Under the pieces are notes generated by a model. It saw only the letters and a program-made list of their open reading frames with translations. It made no database searches and had not been told where the DNA came from. A stretch of DNA of 64,000 nt. It comes from Heptranchias perlo. Taxonomy: Eukaryota. Where the stretch lies: contig NC_090336.1 of NCBI RefSeq assembly GCF_035084215.1, positions 28,954,001 through 29,018,000 of the forward strand, read 5' to 3'. Of the stretch, positions 1 to 14,691 are shown one piece after another (the stretch's first letter is position 1; every line of letters begins with the position of its first letter). The position numbers and the translations under genes are program-made.

Positions 1-2922
1 CCTTTTGTATCTCTCCCCTCTCACCTTAAATCTATGCCCCCTCGTTATAGACTCCCCTACCTTTGGGAAAAGATTTTGACTATCTACCTTATCTATGCCC
101 CTCATTATTTTATAGACTTCTATAAGATCACCCCTAAACCTCCTACTCTCCAGGGAAAAAAGTCCCAGTCTGTCTAACCTCTCTATAAGTCAAACCATCA
201 AGTCCCGGTAGCATCCTAGTAAATCTTTTCTGCACTCTTTCTAGTTTAATAATATCCTTTCTATAATAGGGTGACCAGAACTGTACACAGTACTCCAAGT
301 GTGGCCTCACCAATGCCCTGTACAACTTCAACAAGACATCCCAACTCCTGCATTCAATGTTCTGACCAATGAAACCAAGCATGCTGAATGCCTTCTTCAC
401 CACCCTATCCACCTGTGACTCCACTTTCAAGGAGCTATGAACCTGTACTCCTAGATCTCTTTGTTCTATAACTCTCCCCAACGCCCTACCATTAACGGAG
501 TAGGTCCTGGCCCGATTCGATCTCCCAAAATGCATCACCTCACATTTATCTAAATTAAACTCCATCTGCCATTCATCGGCCCACTGGCCCAATTTATCAA
601 GACTATCCCGTTGCAATCCTAGATAACCTTCTTCACTGTCCACAATGCCACCAATCTTGGTGTCATCTGCAAACTTACTAACCATGCCTCCTAAATTCTC
701 ATCCAAATCATTAATATAAATAACAAATAACAGCGGACCCAGCACCGATCCCTGAGGCACACCGCTGGACACAGGCATCCAGTTTGAAAAACAACCCTCT
801 ACAACCACCCTCTGTCTTCTGTCGTCAAGCCAATTTTGTATCCAATTGGCTACCTCACCTTGGATCCCGTGAGATTTAACCTTGTGTAACAACCTACCAT
901 GCGGTACCTTGTCAAAGGCTTTGCTGAAGTCCATGTAGACCACGTCTACTGCACAGCTCTCATCTATCTTCTTGGTTACCCCTTCAAAAAACTCAATCAA
1001 GTTCGTGAGACATGATTTTCCTCTCACAAAACCATGCTGACTGTTCCTAATTAGTCCCTGCCTCTCCAAATGCCTGTAGATCCTGTCCCTCAGAATACCC
1101 TCTAACAACTTACCCACTACAGATGTCAGGCTCACCGGTCTGTAGTTCCCAGGCTTTTCCCTGCCGCCCTTCTTAAACAAAGGCACAACATTTGCTACCC
1201 TCCAATCTTCAGGCACCTCACCTGTAGCGGTGGATGATTCAAATATCTCTGCTAGGGGACCCGCAATTTCCTCCCTAACCTCCCATAACGTCCTGGGATA
1301 CATTTCATCAGGTCCCGGAGATTTATCTACCTTGATGCGCATTAAGACTTCCAGCACCTCCCTCTCTGTAATATGTACACTCCTCAAGACATCACTATTT
1401 ATTTCCCCAAGTTCCCTAACATCCATGCCTTTCTCAACCGTAAATACCGATGTGAAATATTCATTCAGGATCTCACCCATCTCTTGTGGTTCCGCACATA
1501 GATGACCTTGTTGATCCTTAAGAGGCCCTACTCTCTCCCTAGTTACTCTTTTGCCTTTTATGTATTTGTAGAAGCTCTTTGGATTCTCCTTTGCCTGATC
1601 TGCCAAAGCAATCTCATGTCCCCTTTTTGCCCTCCTGATTTCTCTCTTAACTCTACTCCGGCAATCTCTATACTCTTCAAGGGATCCACTTGATCCCAGC
1701 TGCCTATGCATGTCATATGCCTCCTTCTTTTTGACTAGGGCCTCAATCTCCCGAGTCATCCAAGGTTCCCTACTTCTACCAGCCTTGCCCTTCACTTTAT
1801 AAGGAATGTGCTTACCCTGAACCCTGGTTAACACACTTTTGAAAGCCTCCCACTTACCAAACGTCCCTTTGCCTGCCAACAGACTCTCCCAATCAACTTC
1901 TGAAAGTTCCTGTCTAATACCATCAAAATTGGCCTTTCCCCAATTTAGAATTTTAACTTTTGGGCCAGACCTATCATTCTCCATAGCTATCTTAAAACTA
2001 ATGGAATTATGATCACTGGTCCCAAAGTGATCCCTCACCAACACTTCTGTCACCTGCCCTTCCTTATTTCCCAAGAGGAGGTCAAGTTTTGCCCCCTCTC
2101 TAGTCGGGCCATCCACATACTGAATGAGAAATTCCTCCTGAATACACTCAACAAATTTCTCTCCATCCAAGCCCCTAATGCTATGGCTGTCCCAGTCAAT
2201 GTTGGGAAAGTTAAAGTCCCCTCCTATTACCACCCTATTTTTCTTGCAGCTGTCTGTAATCTCCTTCCATATTTGCTCCTCAATTTCCCATTGACTATTT
2301 GGGGGTCTGCAGTACAATCCTATCAAAGTGATCTCTCCCTTCTTATTTTTCAGTTCTACCCATATCGACTCAGTGGGCGAACCCTCGGATATATCCCCTC
2401 TCACTACTGCCGTGATGTTCTCCCTAATCAAGAACGCAACTCCCCCTCCTCTCTTACCTCCTGCTCTATCTTTCCTATAGCATCTGTGCCCTGGAACATT
2501 GAGCTGCCAGTCCTGCCCCTCCCTTAGCCATGTTTCAGTAATAGCTATAACATCCCAGTCCCATGTACCCATTCATGCCCTGAGTTCATCTGCCTTGCCC
2601 ATCAGACTTCTTGCATTGAAATAAATGCAGTTTAATCTAGACTTCCCTTGGTCTTTGCCCTGCTTTCTCAGACCATCTGTCCGGTCATGTTTTGTACACT
2701 CTCCTTTACTGCCTTTTGTTTCTGTCACCACTTTATTTCCCACTGACTTCCTGCATTGGTTCCCATCCCCCTGCCACATTAGTTTAAACTCTCCCCAACA
2801 GCACTAGCAAACACTCCCCCTAGGACATTGGTTCCAGTTCTGCCCAGATGCAGACCGTCCAATTTGTACTGGTCCCACCTCCCCCAGAACCGGTTCCAAT
2901 GGCCCAGGAATTTGAATCCCTC
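1..2922 (-). mobile_element. CR1 LINE, 5'-truncated, nearly intact ORF2 (APE endonuclease + RT); runs off the window start
   Basis: ORF 143..2572 has EN motifs (ITETW, GDFN, SDH) and RT motifs (PGPD, DFSKAFD, VPQGSVLGP, FADD). The EN start (YFNARS) lies in 2573..2779 behind one in-frame stop. Bases ~2785-2920 encode the esterase-like ORF1 end (GHWNRFWGRWDQYKLDGLHL). Confidence 0.95.
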
Positions 2923-4047
2923 ATTAAGCAGTCATTAAGCTGCTTCATTTTACAGACACCAACTGAACATATAGAATAACAGTTGTAATCAAATCTTACC
3001 TTATTCCAACTAACTTCCTATCCTTCCTTGCAAACGATAAACATTTTAAAAAATATACCACATTATCCCTATTACAGGGCTCAGTTAACTTTTCCTGGTC
3101 AGATTTTTGATTCTGACTGGCTGTGGACTTGAGATGAGCAAGTTTCCCTTCGCCAGGCCAGGCTTCCTTCTCAGAACCCAGCAAGTTGATTGATTGCCCT
3201 GTGTCTATTTTCTCTTTTTCTGTCTCTGAACTCACAGGAAATGGGAGGCTCATGCTTACTGTAGTAGACTCAAGTGTAACATGGCATTGCACATGTGGTC
3301 TACAAACAGTGTGGCTTTCCTGTATATGTGATTCAAGTACCATTGTCTTTTTTTATACGGTACCTGCAGTTATACATCATTTCAGTCCCGGTTCATGTTT
3401 TCCTATTATCAACGAGTATCTGTTCTGGAAGTGTGCGATGAACATGTCCAACTGATGAATGGCTCAGAATAGATTTAATATAAAAAAAATGTATTCAGTT
3501 AACCATACTGCCTCCTTATAACTAAGAAATGAGACATAACTAGAGATGCATCTTCCCCCCCGCCCCCCAACCACTGCTTGTGTGTGTTAGTAGAAAGCCT
3601 TTGCCCAATGATCAGGCTGAGGTGGAAAAGTGTTCACATAGTTGAAAGCCATATCACTCCACTCTAGCATAGTAAGGAAGTGCATCCATCATGGCACATT
3701 CTCACAGGGCCTTATATCTTTCTCTTTGGCCAATAGTTCAGAACAGTGCAGGTTTCAAGATTCTATGTTGTGCTTTTTATTGAAGTCAGATTATTTTTAA
3801 GCAAAATAAGTATTTGAAAAACAATAATCAAAACAATTAAATACTTATTTGAATTCTACATTAAATTAGGATATCACTGCAGCATTTTCTTGGGGTTCAC
3901 CTGTTGTTTTTAGAGGGTTTTTTTACATCTATTTAAATATATTTTATTGAAACTGAGCACAAGTTTTCTGTTCCATAAATGATCTAATGTATATTATGTG
4001 CTGTGATAGTTTTATAGCAGCATAGCTTAAAATCAACACTTTGCTGA

Positions 4048-4182
<135 letters not shown>

Positions 4183-6872
4183 TGAGTATCGACCATCAGG
4201 CCATTTGGACCTACTGTCAGTAATTCTGCAAAGGTCTTTACACAGTTTATGTGTGAGTCAGCCCCTGATGGATGCTCCTCTAGAGCAGGTTACTTTGTGT
4301 GCCAATCTGTATAAGGGTTAATTCCTTCTTTCTTGGCTTTGTGGTAAAGGCGTAATACAGGCCAGAATGTCCCAAATTCAATTTCTAATCTGATACAAGT
4401 CAGGGTGGCATTAGGGGGGCTACAGATGCCCTCAGCATCCCTGGAGTAGGAGGAGAAAATCAGTCATGCTTTGCATTTTTGGATAAGAACAGAATACAGC
4501 TCAACTCAGATTTCTTTCACCATGAAATAGCTTGTCAATACTCGCTTGGCAAATACATAAGGAATGTCTACTTGGGCAAGGTGCCCATGGAGCTATACCC
4601 AGCAAGGAGTGAACACCTTCAGGAGAAACAAAAATGGACAAATATAAATAATGTTCTAAAAAGAGTTTGTTCCTACTATTCAGGATGATAAAGGGTTGTG
4701 GAGAAAGATAATTTTCAGGCAGTACATCATGTATATGAACTAGCTTAAGCTCCATAAAATGGCTATTGCTTCTAATTGTTGGTTTTCGTTTATTATGGAA
4801 AGTTTTCATCCATACTTTTGCAGAATTGTGTTCCGGATTTTCTGGTTTTGGATTTTGATGAACTTCTGTCAGTTCAGGTGAATCTGAGCTAAAGTTGGTT
4901 AGCAGCTCCACTTCTCTCTATTTTTACCTATGTGGTGTCAGAAAATACTTCTGTAATAGAAAGACACTGAATCATTACCTATAAGGAAGGTATACCACCA
5001 GAAGCAATGAGATATAAATGTCTGTATCAGAAAAAGAGACCTGATCACTCTATGATGGGCTCACTATGTGCTTACAAAAATAAGCCTACACTCTCCCATT
5101 GGTGGAAATCACATGTGGATATTGCCTGTTTAAGAGGTTTGCAGAAATTTCAGCCAGCATCACATTTTAGTTAAGGTCTCATAATTGTATACAATCCCTT
5201 TGGTTACATTTGGTTCATTGTCTATAGTCTATGATAGTTCTGAAAGAATGTTCAGTCTTACTACTGTTCATAAAGCTTTGCAAATCTTGTTTTTGTGTTG
5301 AATCACTGACATCATGTTGGGTCTACATCAGCCCACAGAGGCCTACCTCAGTTAATATAAGTCAGCCTCAGTCTCCAGTCAACATACAGGCCAACAGGCA
5401 TTTGAAAGGATTATACCCACATGAACTGGAGTGAAAAAGGAGAGTGCCAGCAGTTACTAGGTGTGGAGAAGGAAAGTGTGACAGGTGGAGAGTCCCAGCA
5501 TAAACTGGTTGGGGGGAGGTGGGGGGGGGCGCGTTGAGGGAGAGTGTCAATAAGAACTGGGGGAGGGGGGGAGGGGGGGAAGGGAGAGCGCAGCATAAAC
5601 TGGGGGAGGATAGGACATGAACTTGTTAAGGCGGGCAGGAGCCAAATCGGACAGCAAACCATTCTAACCTCAGCAGTGCGAGGCCCAGGCGATTTTAACT
5701 CTTGGGCCTCATTTGCATGGCCCCAGTCAGTTGCCTGCCATAAACCGGTGGGAAGTGGCAGGGAGGGCGTTACGGGAGAACATCACAATTGGGAAGGGGA
5801 GGAGCCGGAACAGGGGAACCCTAAACTTTCCTTGTGGAACCCGAAAAAATGCTCTTCTATCCCCGCTGGCCCATAGGGTAAAGGTTCCAAAGCACCCTTA
5901 ACAGTATTAGGATCCAACTGCAGCAACAGATTTTCTGGATGACCTGGTTTTTGCTAACTAAGGTGATCCGGAAATAATCTCGCAGTCACTTTTTAGAATA
6001 AGAGGCTTTTTGTGCAGGGTCTGAGATAACAATGGTAGGTTTTTATGGTCTGTCGATCTCTTTGCTGGAGAGGTTAACCTTGGCTTTTCCCTATTTCCAC
6101 TCATAGCACAGATCATTTACAGTGTATGGAGAGAAATAACAGTAATCCCGGTGACCACCTTACTGTCTGAGGAAGATGTGGTTCTGCTCACTTCTTCTGG
6201 CCCTCACCATCAACTAGCCCATCAGGCTCAAACATTGAATATCTTCCAACTGAGGATGATGGTTAAATGTAACACTACATCCTGCGAGGTGTTCATTGGC
6301 ATTTATGTTTCTGCTATTACCCTGGTATTTGTAATTTAACACCCCAAAGTCCTCTTTTTCAGCTCAAGGGTCTGAATATTCGACTCCATGTTAGCTAGGA
6401 AAGAACAGATTTAATGTTAAGAGTTCTGCTACCAGCATTGGAACCAATCTTCTTTATACCAAGGAATGGTACATCTAATGTTGAAAAGTTCTTTTTGACT
6501 GTATCTTAGGGTTCATAGTAATCCAACATTGAATGAAAGGGAAATAACAATATGTAACAGCTTAGCCTAAGGTACAAATTTAATTTTGCTGATGCCTGGC
6601 TTGTATAGTCTAGATCAACCCAATCCCCTGATTGCAATGCTATCAAATATTGATTGTTTAGGGAATGTTTCTAAAGTATATACTCAAACTGAAATGAAGC
6701 TAATATTTTCCTGAAGTGAATAAAAATAAATCCTTATTATATTCCATTGCAAGTGCTCCGATTAGCCAGTCCAGAAGTGACAGGTTTGCAGATTGTTTAC
6801 CAGTATTTATAAGACAAGAATCAGAAGAACTTTTAGCAGAGTTATATTCTGAATCTGAGTTTCTTTCCGTAG

Positions 6873-6976
6873 ATTTAATTTGGATCCAGAGAGAAAATGC
6901 ACAGACAGCGTGCTGTGGGAGTCCTTGGAAATCGCTCAGCTCAAACATGTGGTGAAAGCATTACCAGGAGGCTTAG
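6873..6976 (+). CDS. ABCC8: Sulfonylurea receptor exon ([34 protein letters not shown])
   Basis: ttccgtag acceptor, gtaac donor, 104 bp, phase-compatible with flanking exons. ERKC and VVKALP are SUR1-like. Confidence 0.9.
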
Positions 6977-9197
6977 GTAACATTAGCAGTGAAATAACAT
7001 GCAACAGCAGCACAGGGAAGCCACTAACTAAATCAGTACTTTTGTGATAGCTAATCCTCAACTATGTTTTAGAATAAATGTGTTCTATGTACTCCCCTTT
7101 GTGAAGGGGATATCGTTTGATCAACTTGTTTTTTATGATTTGTTTCAGTTCATTGTAAACATAAACTTTCCATAGAGAGAGAACAACAAACACAAACAAA
7201 TGGGTGAGAGTAAAAGAAGATTGGGTGGACTGTAAAATGGGCTGTCGATTTGCTATTGCCCATTTTGCGCTACTGCTCAGGACAAATTTCACCTCCATTA
7301 AGTCAGACTCTGAATCGGAAGTTATAACAGGAATTATGATTTTTTTTCCAAATGATTTTGAAACAAGCTGGAGCATGTTTTGACAAGAAAACTATTTTCA
7401 AGTTTTTATTTTTAGTTCAGAGCCAGAGGTTGCAGGGTGAAAAGATTAGAGAGGGAAATTAAATGGTTACTGCACCTGTCTTTTTAAATTTATATTGAGA
7501 ATTGAAAAATGACAATGGTTCACAGATTTATTTATGCAGTTATGATAACTTTTGTTTATCTGTCTACTTTCAGAGAATAAGAAAAAAATAATTTATTTTT
7601 AGGAACCAATCAGAAACACTTGCTTCACTGTCTCCGAGCAGAACTCTTACAAACTTCTTTCATTCAGGACGTACATCCTTCCCATTTCCACACACTAGTA
7701 CCCCACTTTGGAACAGCATTACCCAAGGCACCATCTTCTGCTTCCTCCTGATCCCTGATTTTCCACTCCCTCTCAGGCTGGGTCTCCAGACCCTTCCCCC
7801 CACCACTTTCTTCCTCACTTCCATCACCTCCCAGATAGCCTCTCCTAACTGATTGCAACACTTAGCTCCAACCTGGTACATGTTGGTGTTGTATCCTGGC
7901 TTTTGAAAAAGATAATGGATAAAAACTGAGTACATAGTTAAAGGAACATGATAATAATCAAGGCCATTGATTTATGGTTTTCACAGAATCATGGAATTTG
8001 ATTCCCAAAACACTGGTAAAATTCCAGGATGCCATATAATATGCAATTTGGTTTATTCAGTCACCCTTGATAATAATACACTGTGTGTTACATGGCATAA
8101 TACCCTGCTATAAGATAGCATATTCTCTGATTCACTGAGTCAAGAGATCCACTAATCCATTTAAAAGTTTTGAAAGCATCTGTTACAATTCAGATATCAC
8201 ACTTCAAAATATTAAAATTATATTTTAAAAAAACATTTATTTCATGCGGAGGTAAATGATAGGTTAATCTCAGTTAGTGAGGGATGTTTGCAGATTTACC
8301 TGCGGCTAGATGTTTACAAGTATTTGGCAATCCACAAGTTTCCCTCACTTTACAATAAATAACTCGTAATTGACCACAGGACTTAGTTATACCTCATGTC
8401 CATGGAGCATGGACACAAAGGAACTGGCCAGGTTAGTAGGTAAACATTACATTAATGCTGAAGACTCCAGATTACCTGTGAGCATCGAAATCAGCTTGTG
8501 GTTACAAAATATTACACCCCATGGATTCAGTGCAGTGAAAGCTCACTGGGAGCTTAAGTATAGATGAGATAGGTGGTGTGGGAAGCACATCATACAAATA
8601 CAATCAAGAAAGGCTCACCATTTGAGTCATACAGGCTAGGAAGCTCTCAGGCTCAACTGTTGGTCTTTGCTGAGTAAGCTGGGGTTTGATTTTAAACCGG
8701 AACTGCGGGTGCGTTGGGGGCGGGACGGCAAAGAAAATTGCAATTTCCAGGAGCGGGCAGAAATCCCGGCTCGAACACACCTAAGAATGCGCACAACCCA
8801 GAGTCATTTGGGTGCAATTAAAGCCGGCGGGACGATATTTAAACAAGCAATTCAAGTACTTGAAGTACTTGAAATGTACATGAATCTAATTTAGAGTGAA
8901 GGCAATCAGTTTCAACGCTGCTTCAGCATGATTTCCATGCTGTGTGAAACATGCCATGGGGAATGAGTCGATTTTCAGCCGACAGCCATTTGGACATTTA
9001 AATGCCTGTTTGACAGATGGGGATAAAAGGTGAGTTATTGCAGCAGGGCACTCAGTTCTCTCAGACAAACCTTTGGCTGGGAGATCTTTGTGTTTAGACT
9101 GAGAATTCTTGATTTCCACTCAGAATTCTTCTGTTTACACATATTTATCAACTTTTCGGACCCCCTCAAACTGACACAGGATTGGGGGGGGGGCACC

Positions 9198-10362
9198 ATG
9201 GCTGCATTCATCAGTACATCCGAGGAGGAGGAACATCACCATCCTCTCCAGGCACGGCGTGCACTTCTGCCACTTGTAGCTCCACAACACAGTGCTGCAC
9301 CACAGGCACCTGCACAAGAGTACAGAGGACAACAACAGAGGGACCGATATCACAGGAGGCACTACCCTCGTCAGAGGGTCTACAGACCGAAGCTCAGCTT
9401 CCTACACATCTCTGAGGAGCAGTACATTGGAGGCTGAGAGTGAGTCGCCAGGTGGTCGCAGACATCTGCAGCCTCCTTCATGCAGAGCTGCTCCCAGCTG
9501 GGCCTGGCAGCATCTCATTGCCCATCGCAATTAAAGTGACCACTGCCTCCAGATCATTCCACAATGCCACCGGTGACATCGCCTGCACACAAGTGCATAA
9601 AGCAGGTCACCGACATCTTGTTTCGCAGAGCCTCGCAATACGTAAACTTCCCCATGGATGACCCCAGCCAGACGGAGAGGACAGTGGGATTCCACTCTGT
9701 GGCTGGTTTCCCACGTATACAGGGTGCAATCGATTGCACCCATATAGCAATCCAAGCACCTCTACACGAGCCAGGACTGTTCATCAACAGAAAGGGGTAT
9801 CACTCCATCAACACTCAGCTTGTTTGTGACCGCTGCAAAAGATTTCTTCTCGTGTGCGCCAGATTCCCTGGCAGCTGCCATGATTCGTTCATTCTGAGGG
9901 AATCCAACATCCCGGCCCTCTTCCATGCACCAGACACCCTTAAGGGCTGGCTCCTCGGGGACAAGGGATACCCCCTGCACACGGGGCTCATGACACCTCT
10001 GAGGAACCCCATCAGCGAGCAACAGCTTCAATTCAACGACAGCCACATCGCCACCAGGTCTATAATTGAACATGCGATAGGACTGCTGAAGATGCGATTT
10101 TGGTGCCTCGATCGTTCTGGGGGAGCGCTTCAATACGTACCAGCGAGAGTGGGTCACATTATAGTACTGTGTTGTGCCCTGCACAACATGGCGCAACAGA
10201 GAGGGGTACCGGTTGAGGAGGCCTCATCCACCATCCACATCAGCCATCCACATTGAGGAGGAGCAGGAGCAGGAGGAGGACGACGAACACATGGGCAGAG
10301 CAGCAGCTCACCTGGCTGCTCGTGAGGCCAGGGAGTCACTCGCATGTGAACGGTTCGCGTAA
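9198..10362 (+). pseudogene. Harbinger (HARBI1-like) DDE transposase, frameshifted
   Basis: ORF 9564..10256 keeps GAIDCTH, LLGDKGY and RSIIEHAIGLLKMRF. The N-terminal part is split over other frames. Confidence 0.9.
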
Positions 10363-10679
10363 GATCAGAAAGTGAGAAGAGTCCAGTCCTCACACCACCT
10401 GGAAAGACCAGCGCCAACATCAGCCCTGCCCTCCCTCGTTGCACAAAACAGTCCTGCAACTACACATACACCCACTGTAAAGTGACCCATTGGGTGGCAT
10501 CAAGTGTCGCCATTCATGATGAAGCACATGAAAGGGCCCTATCACAAAAGCCAGTCAAGAATGGGCAAGGCGTGGCAGCAGTGGTGAGAATGATAACATT
10601 TAATGTGACTTTAACAAAAAACAAATATAAATGCAAAACATGACCATCTGTCAGACGCCCTTGTGCATACCCTTTGTGA

Positions 10680-11797
10680 TCACAAATCCTTAGCCTTTCT
10701 CTTCCTACCACTTCTATGTGGTGCATCCCCTGTGGCTGCAGCAGAGGTAGTGGCAGGTTGCTCACTTGTGTGTGGTGACTCGCCAGGTGCCAACCCAACT
10801 AACTGACTACTAGCACCCACTGAGGTGTGAGTATCTGCGCTGGTGGATGGCTCGCTAAGATGTGATGGTGCATCCCCAGAGGCGGGGAGCTCCTCTGAGG
10901 AATTGCCCTCTCCCGTCACTGCAGTCGTTGAAAGGCTTGCGAGAGAACAGAAGGCAATATTAAGCATCATCACGGATGTGTCATGTTGTGATGAGCATAC
11001 TGAGGTGTTCAACATGCCAATCACTGTTAACATCAATTCATGTTGTGTGTGATGAATGTTAAAGTTGTGTCATCAGACGTTTGTGGGGTACCAGTCTCGG
11101 CGTCCCCGATGGACAGGCATTCAAGGGTGTGGCTGATCTGCAGGGCCTCCTCCTTCGCGTCTGTGAGGACCACTATTTGTGGCCCCCTTCCAGCCCTCTC
11201 CCTCTCACGTGTATTTTGCGCTCTCTTCTAGAAGAGGAGAAAGTACAGATGTGTGAATGAGTGATGGTGAAGTGGCCAACCGATTAATGCATTGCTTTGG
11301 ATGAGGCTGACTGTGAAAGAGTTGTATCAGACAGAGACATCACATTGGATCTGGATTGGGGTGAGTGGTAGGGGTGGGGTCACAAATGGGGAGGTGAGGA
11401 AGTGCTCAGGAAGTGAAGGTAACTTGAGAATGAGCCTTAAGTGGGTGTGAGGAGTGATGTGATGGAGTAGTCTTGACAGTGCAGAATGAGTTGCGGGATA
11501 GGGGGAGGGGTTGGGGGGGTGATGTGGAACACAGAATGCAGGAGAATCAGTAAGTGTACTCATTTTTGCTGACCTAGTTAGATCATTGAAATGCTTCCTG
11601 CACTGGACCCAAGTGCGGGATATGTTGCTTCTGATGGTGACCTCCTCTGCCACCTCGAGCCAGGCCTTCTTGGTGGCAGAGGCTTCCTCCTGTCAGACGG
11701 TAAAATAGTTCCCTCCTCCTCCTCACCCCGGCCAGTAACAACTGAAGTGAGGCTTCGCTGAATTTTGGAGCAGCCTTGCCCCTGTGCTGCTCCATTG
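10680..11797 (-). pseudogene. Harbinger Myb/SANT-like (NAIF1/MSANTD-type) DNA-binding protein, multi-exon, disrupted
   Basis: MEQHRGKAAPKFSEASLQLLL...W.EVAEEVT...RTWVQCRKHFNDLTRSAK, then a second exon (KRAQNTRERERAGRGP) at ~11090-11229. Has a frameshift, and the first donor is mutated to ATGAGT. Confidence 0.8.
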
Positions 11798-12106
11798 GGT
11801 CTTCTGGCTCTTTGCTCCAGCAAAATCCACTGGAGCAATGGCCCTTTAAATCTAGATGCTCCAGCTGACAGCCTGTCATGCGGGTGCGCAGTCCGCCCAC
11901 TGCGCAGCTTTCGGACGGCAAATCCGGAAACAAGGTTAGGGGCACCAATTAAGTCGCGATAGCGTGGGGAATGGTAAATTTTTATTATTCGGGTTTGCCA
12001 TGCGCCCTTTGACTCCCCCGCTGCCATCCTGCTGCCCTTTTAAAATTGAGCCCCTGATCTCTGCTGAGGCAGACATGGGGATGGTATAATTGGCTTCTAA
12101 TTCCAG

Positions 12107-14162
12107 GGGCCCGATGTTAGCAGGGCTGTGGGTTCTCGGCGGGGGGGCTATCGGGCGCGTGGGTAATGCGCCCGGTGAAATTAGTCAGTTTCTCGCGCGA
12201 TTGTAGGATCCAATCCACTAATTGGATCCACTTACCTGCTCCTCCGGGTTCCCCACTGCTGATCTGCGCGTCGGGCGGACTGCGCATGCACAGTAAGATC
12301 TGTCAGCTGGAGGCGCTCTATTTAAAGGGGCAGTCCTCCACTGACAGATGCTGCAACAAATAGCAAAAATTACAGCATGGAGCAGCCCAGGGGGAAGGCT
12401 GCTCCCAGTTTAATGATGCCTCACTCCAGGTATCAATGCATGGGGTGAGGAGGAGGGGGGGAACAGAGATCTTCCTCCCGGCGTGCGGGAGGAAGCGGCC
12501 TGCTTCTGCCACCAGGAAGGCCTGGCTCGAGGTGGCAGAGGAGGTCACCAGCGCAACCAACATATCGCCCACCTGCATACAGTGCAGGAGGCGCTCCAAT
12601 GACCTCAGTAGGTCAGCCAAAGTGAGTACACGTAGTCTTTCCCCCACACTCCGTCTGCCACATCACCGCCCCCACCCCACATCTCCTTCAGCACTGCCAA
12701 CACAACTCTGTCACATCACCCCTCATACCCACTCAAACCTCATCCGCATCTTACCTGCACCTACTCACCTCGCCAGTACTCATCCCGCCACTACCACTCA
12801 ACCCAATCCTCATACAATCTCATGGCTCTCTCTCATACTCACCCTCTTGTGCATCTCTTTCATGGCCAGCCTCACTCAACCTGCCACTACCTGTGCTGCA
12901 GCCACAGGGCATGCATCACATATGTGCAGTAGGCAGCGTAAGGCAAACGTGTCGTGAGCATGAAGGGGATGCACAAGGGTGTCTGAGGGTTTGCCATGGG
13001 TGTTACTTATATTGAATTTCTGACCAACTCACATTACATATTATATTGGCACCACTACTGCCATGTCTTCGCGAATCCTGTCTGGTTTGTGCAATAATGC
13101 CCGCTCCTGAGGATCACTATGAGGACCCACAACTGATGCCACCCATTGTGTCACTGCAGAGTGGGTGTAGGTGTATTTGCAGGACTCTTCTGTGCAGACG
13201 ACTGGGAGACATCGGTGATGTGCCCGGTTGCACCCTGGAAGGATGCGAAGGAGAAGTTGTTGAGGGCAGTGGTGACTTTGACAGCGACAGGTAAGAAGAT
13301 GGTGCTCGGGCCAGCCAGGAGCAGCTCGGCATGAAGGAGGCTGCAGATGTCCACGACTACATGTCGAGTGACTCTGAGCCTCCGTGTGCACTGCTGCTCA
13401 GAGAGGTCCAGGAGGCTGAGCCTCAGTCTGTGGACCCTGTGGTGAGGGTAGTGCCCTCTGTGACGCATCTCCCTCTGCGGTTGCCCTCCCTCCTGCTGTG
13501 CAGGTGGATGTGTCACAGCACTGTGTTGTGGAGCTCCACGTGTCAGAGGTGGATGGCGAGGCTGGTGAGGCTGGTGATGCTGTTCGCCCTCCGAGGAGGT
13601 CATGACTGCAGCTACGGCGGCCCCCATCCGCAAGATGTACATCTGAGGGGGTCCGCAAGGTAGGTACATGTCTCCGGACCCCAGGGTAAGTGTGCAGGTT
13701 GGTGACTTTGACTGTCAGGAGGAGGGTGGTGGAGGCCAAACTTTGTCCCAAGTGACAGAGTGGCCTCCTGCAATGGGTGAGGGTCTCTCCCCCACCCCCC
13801 CACCTGTCAAATGGACCTTTGCAGCTGCCACAGGCTGACAGCTGCAACACGTCCATTTGATCTGGGAGTGTTTCCCCCAGTGTGGGCAACAGTCCCAGTT
13901 TGTTCCAAAATCCCACATAATCCCTTAATCAGGTCAGTTAATGACCTGAAATACCTAAATAAATACTGTCAAGTGGCATCCCTCTGGCTTTAATTGCCTG
14001 CGGGATTCCCACCAGCGGGGGCTGCGCGCGCACGCCGGCGCGTCAGCGGGGAACCCGGAAGTGCGCGGGTTCGGGGCGGGCTCCGGTACCGCGCCGGAAT
14101 TCTCTGATTTTCGGAGCCCCCCCGCCAGGATCGCACCGGTAGCGGGTGCTAAAATAGAGCCC
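12107..14162 (-). mobile_element. Non-autonomous Harbinger (~2.05 kb internal-deletion derivative); strand given for the transposase remnant
   Basis: TIR-like ends (GGGCCCGATGTT / AAAATAGAGCCC). Myb exon 1 on + (~12377-12621) and transposase N-terminus on - (13151..13669). Inverted copy of 50361-52409. No clean TSD. Confidence 0.88.
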
Positions 14163-14691
14163 ATTAACTCAGCAATCAAACCCCTCAACAGTCATTTTAG
14201 TAAACACATCGTGCCGTGTGCTGTTCTGGGCCTTATGAAGGAAAAAAGTTTACGGTCTGGTTCCTGGTGTGTGCTGTTAGTTAATCCTAACAAGGGGTGC
14301 AAAAGTAATGGGGCCATCACAGTCAGTTTCTGTGTCACCATATTAAGATGTAGGAAGAAAACCCATCCAAGGTCCCTGTTCCTAACTGCCAAGCAACTGT
14401 GCCTGCTGGAAGTGCCTATATCTGGACATCAAGTGAAGAAAGGATCGTGTTTCACTATGAAGGCTAAGTAACAATGTTATCATCACGTTTGCTGTTGAGA
14501 ATCAGAGAGAAAGGCATAGAATGATGTGGGAGTACATCTTATGCAATTATGTTTCTAGGTGCTGAGGAATAAGGGGTGAAATATTTGTCAATAAGATGCA
14601 TTATTTTTATTTTACTTGAAGAGATTCTGAGGGGAAAATGCTTTTCTTAAATCATGTGGCTTAATTTGAATAGACTCAGAAAGAACTCTTT

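Larger units (their letters stand above)
8682..12053 (+). mobile_element. PIF/Harbinger DNA transposon, two-gene type, decayed
   Basis: Imperfect TIRs (GGGTTTGATTTTAAA / TTTAAAATTGAGCCC), 3-bp TSD CTG (8679-81 and 12054-56), with convergent transposase and Myb/SANT genes. Confidence 0.9.

Noticed and set aside
4200-4480. Degraded SINE-like segments (also ~14200-14510 and ~36700-36860)
   Set aside because: Too diverged to define ends or family by eye.
9564-10256. Domesticated HARBI1 gene
   Set aside because: It lies between TIRs with a TSD, is paired with a Myb gene, and has frameshifts, so it is a transposon copy.
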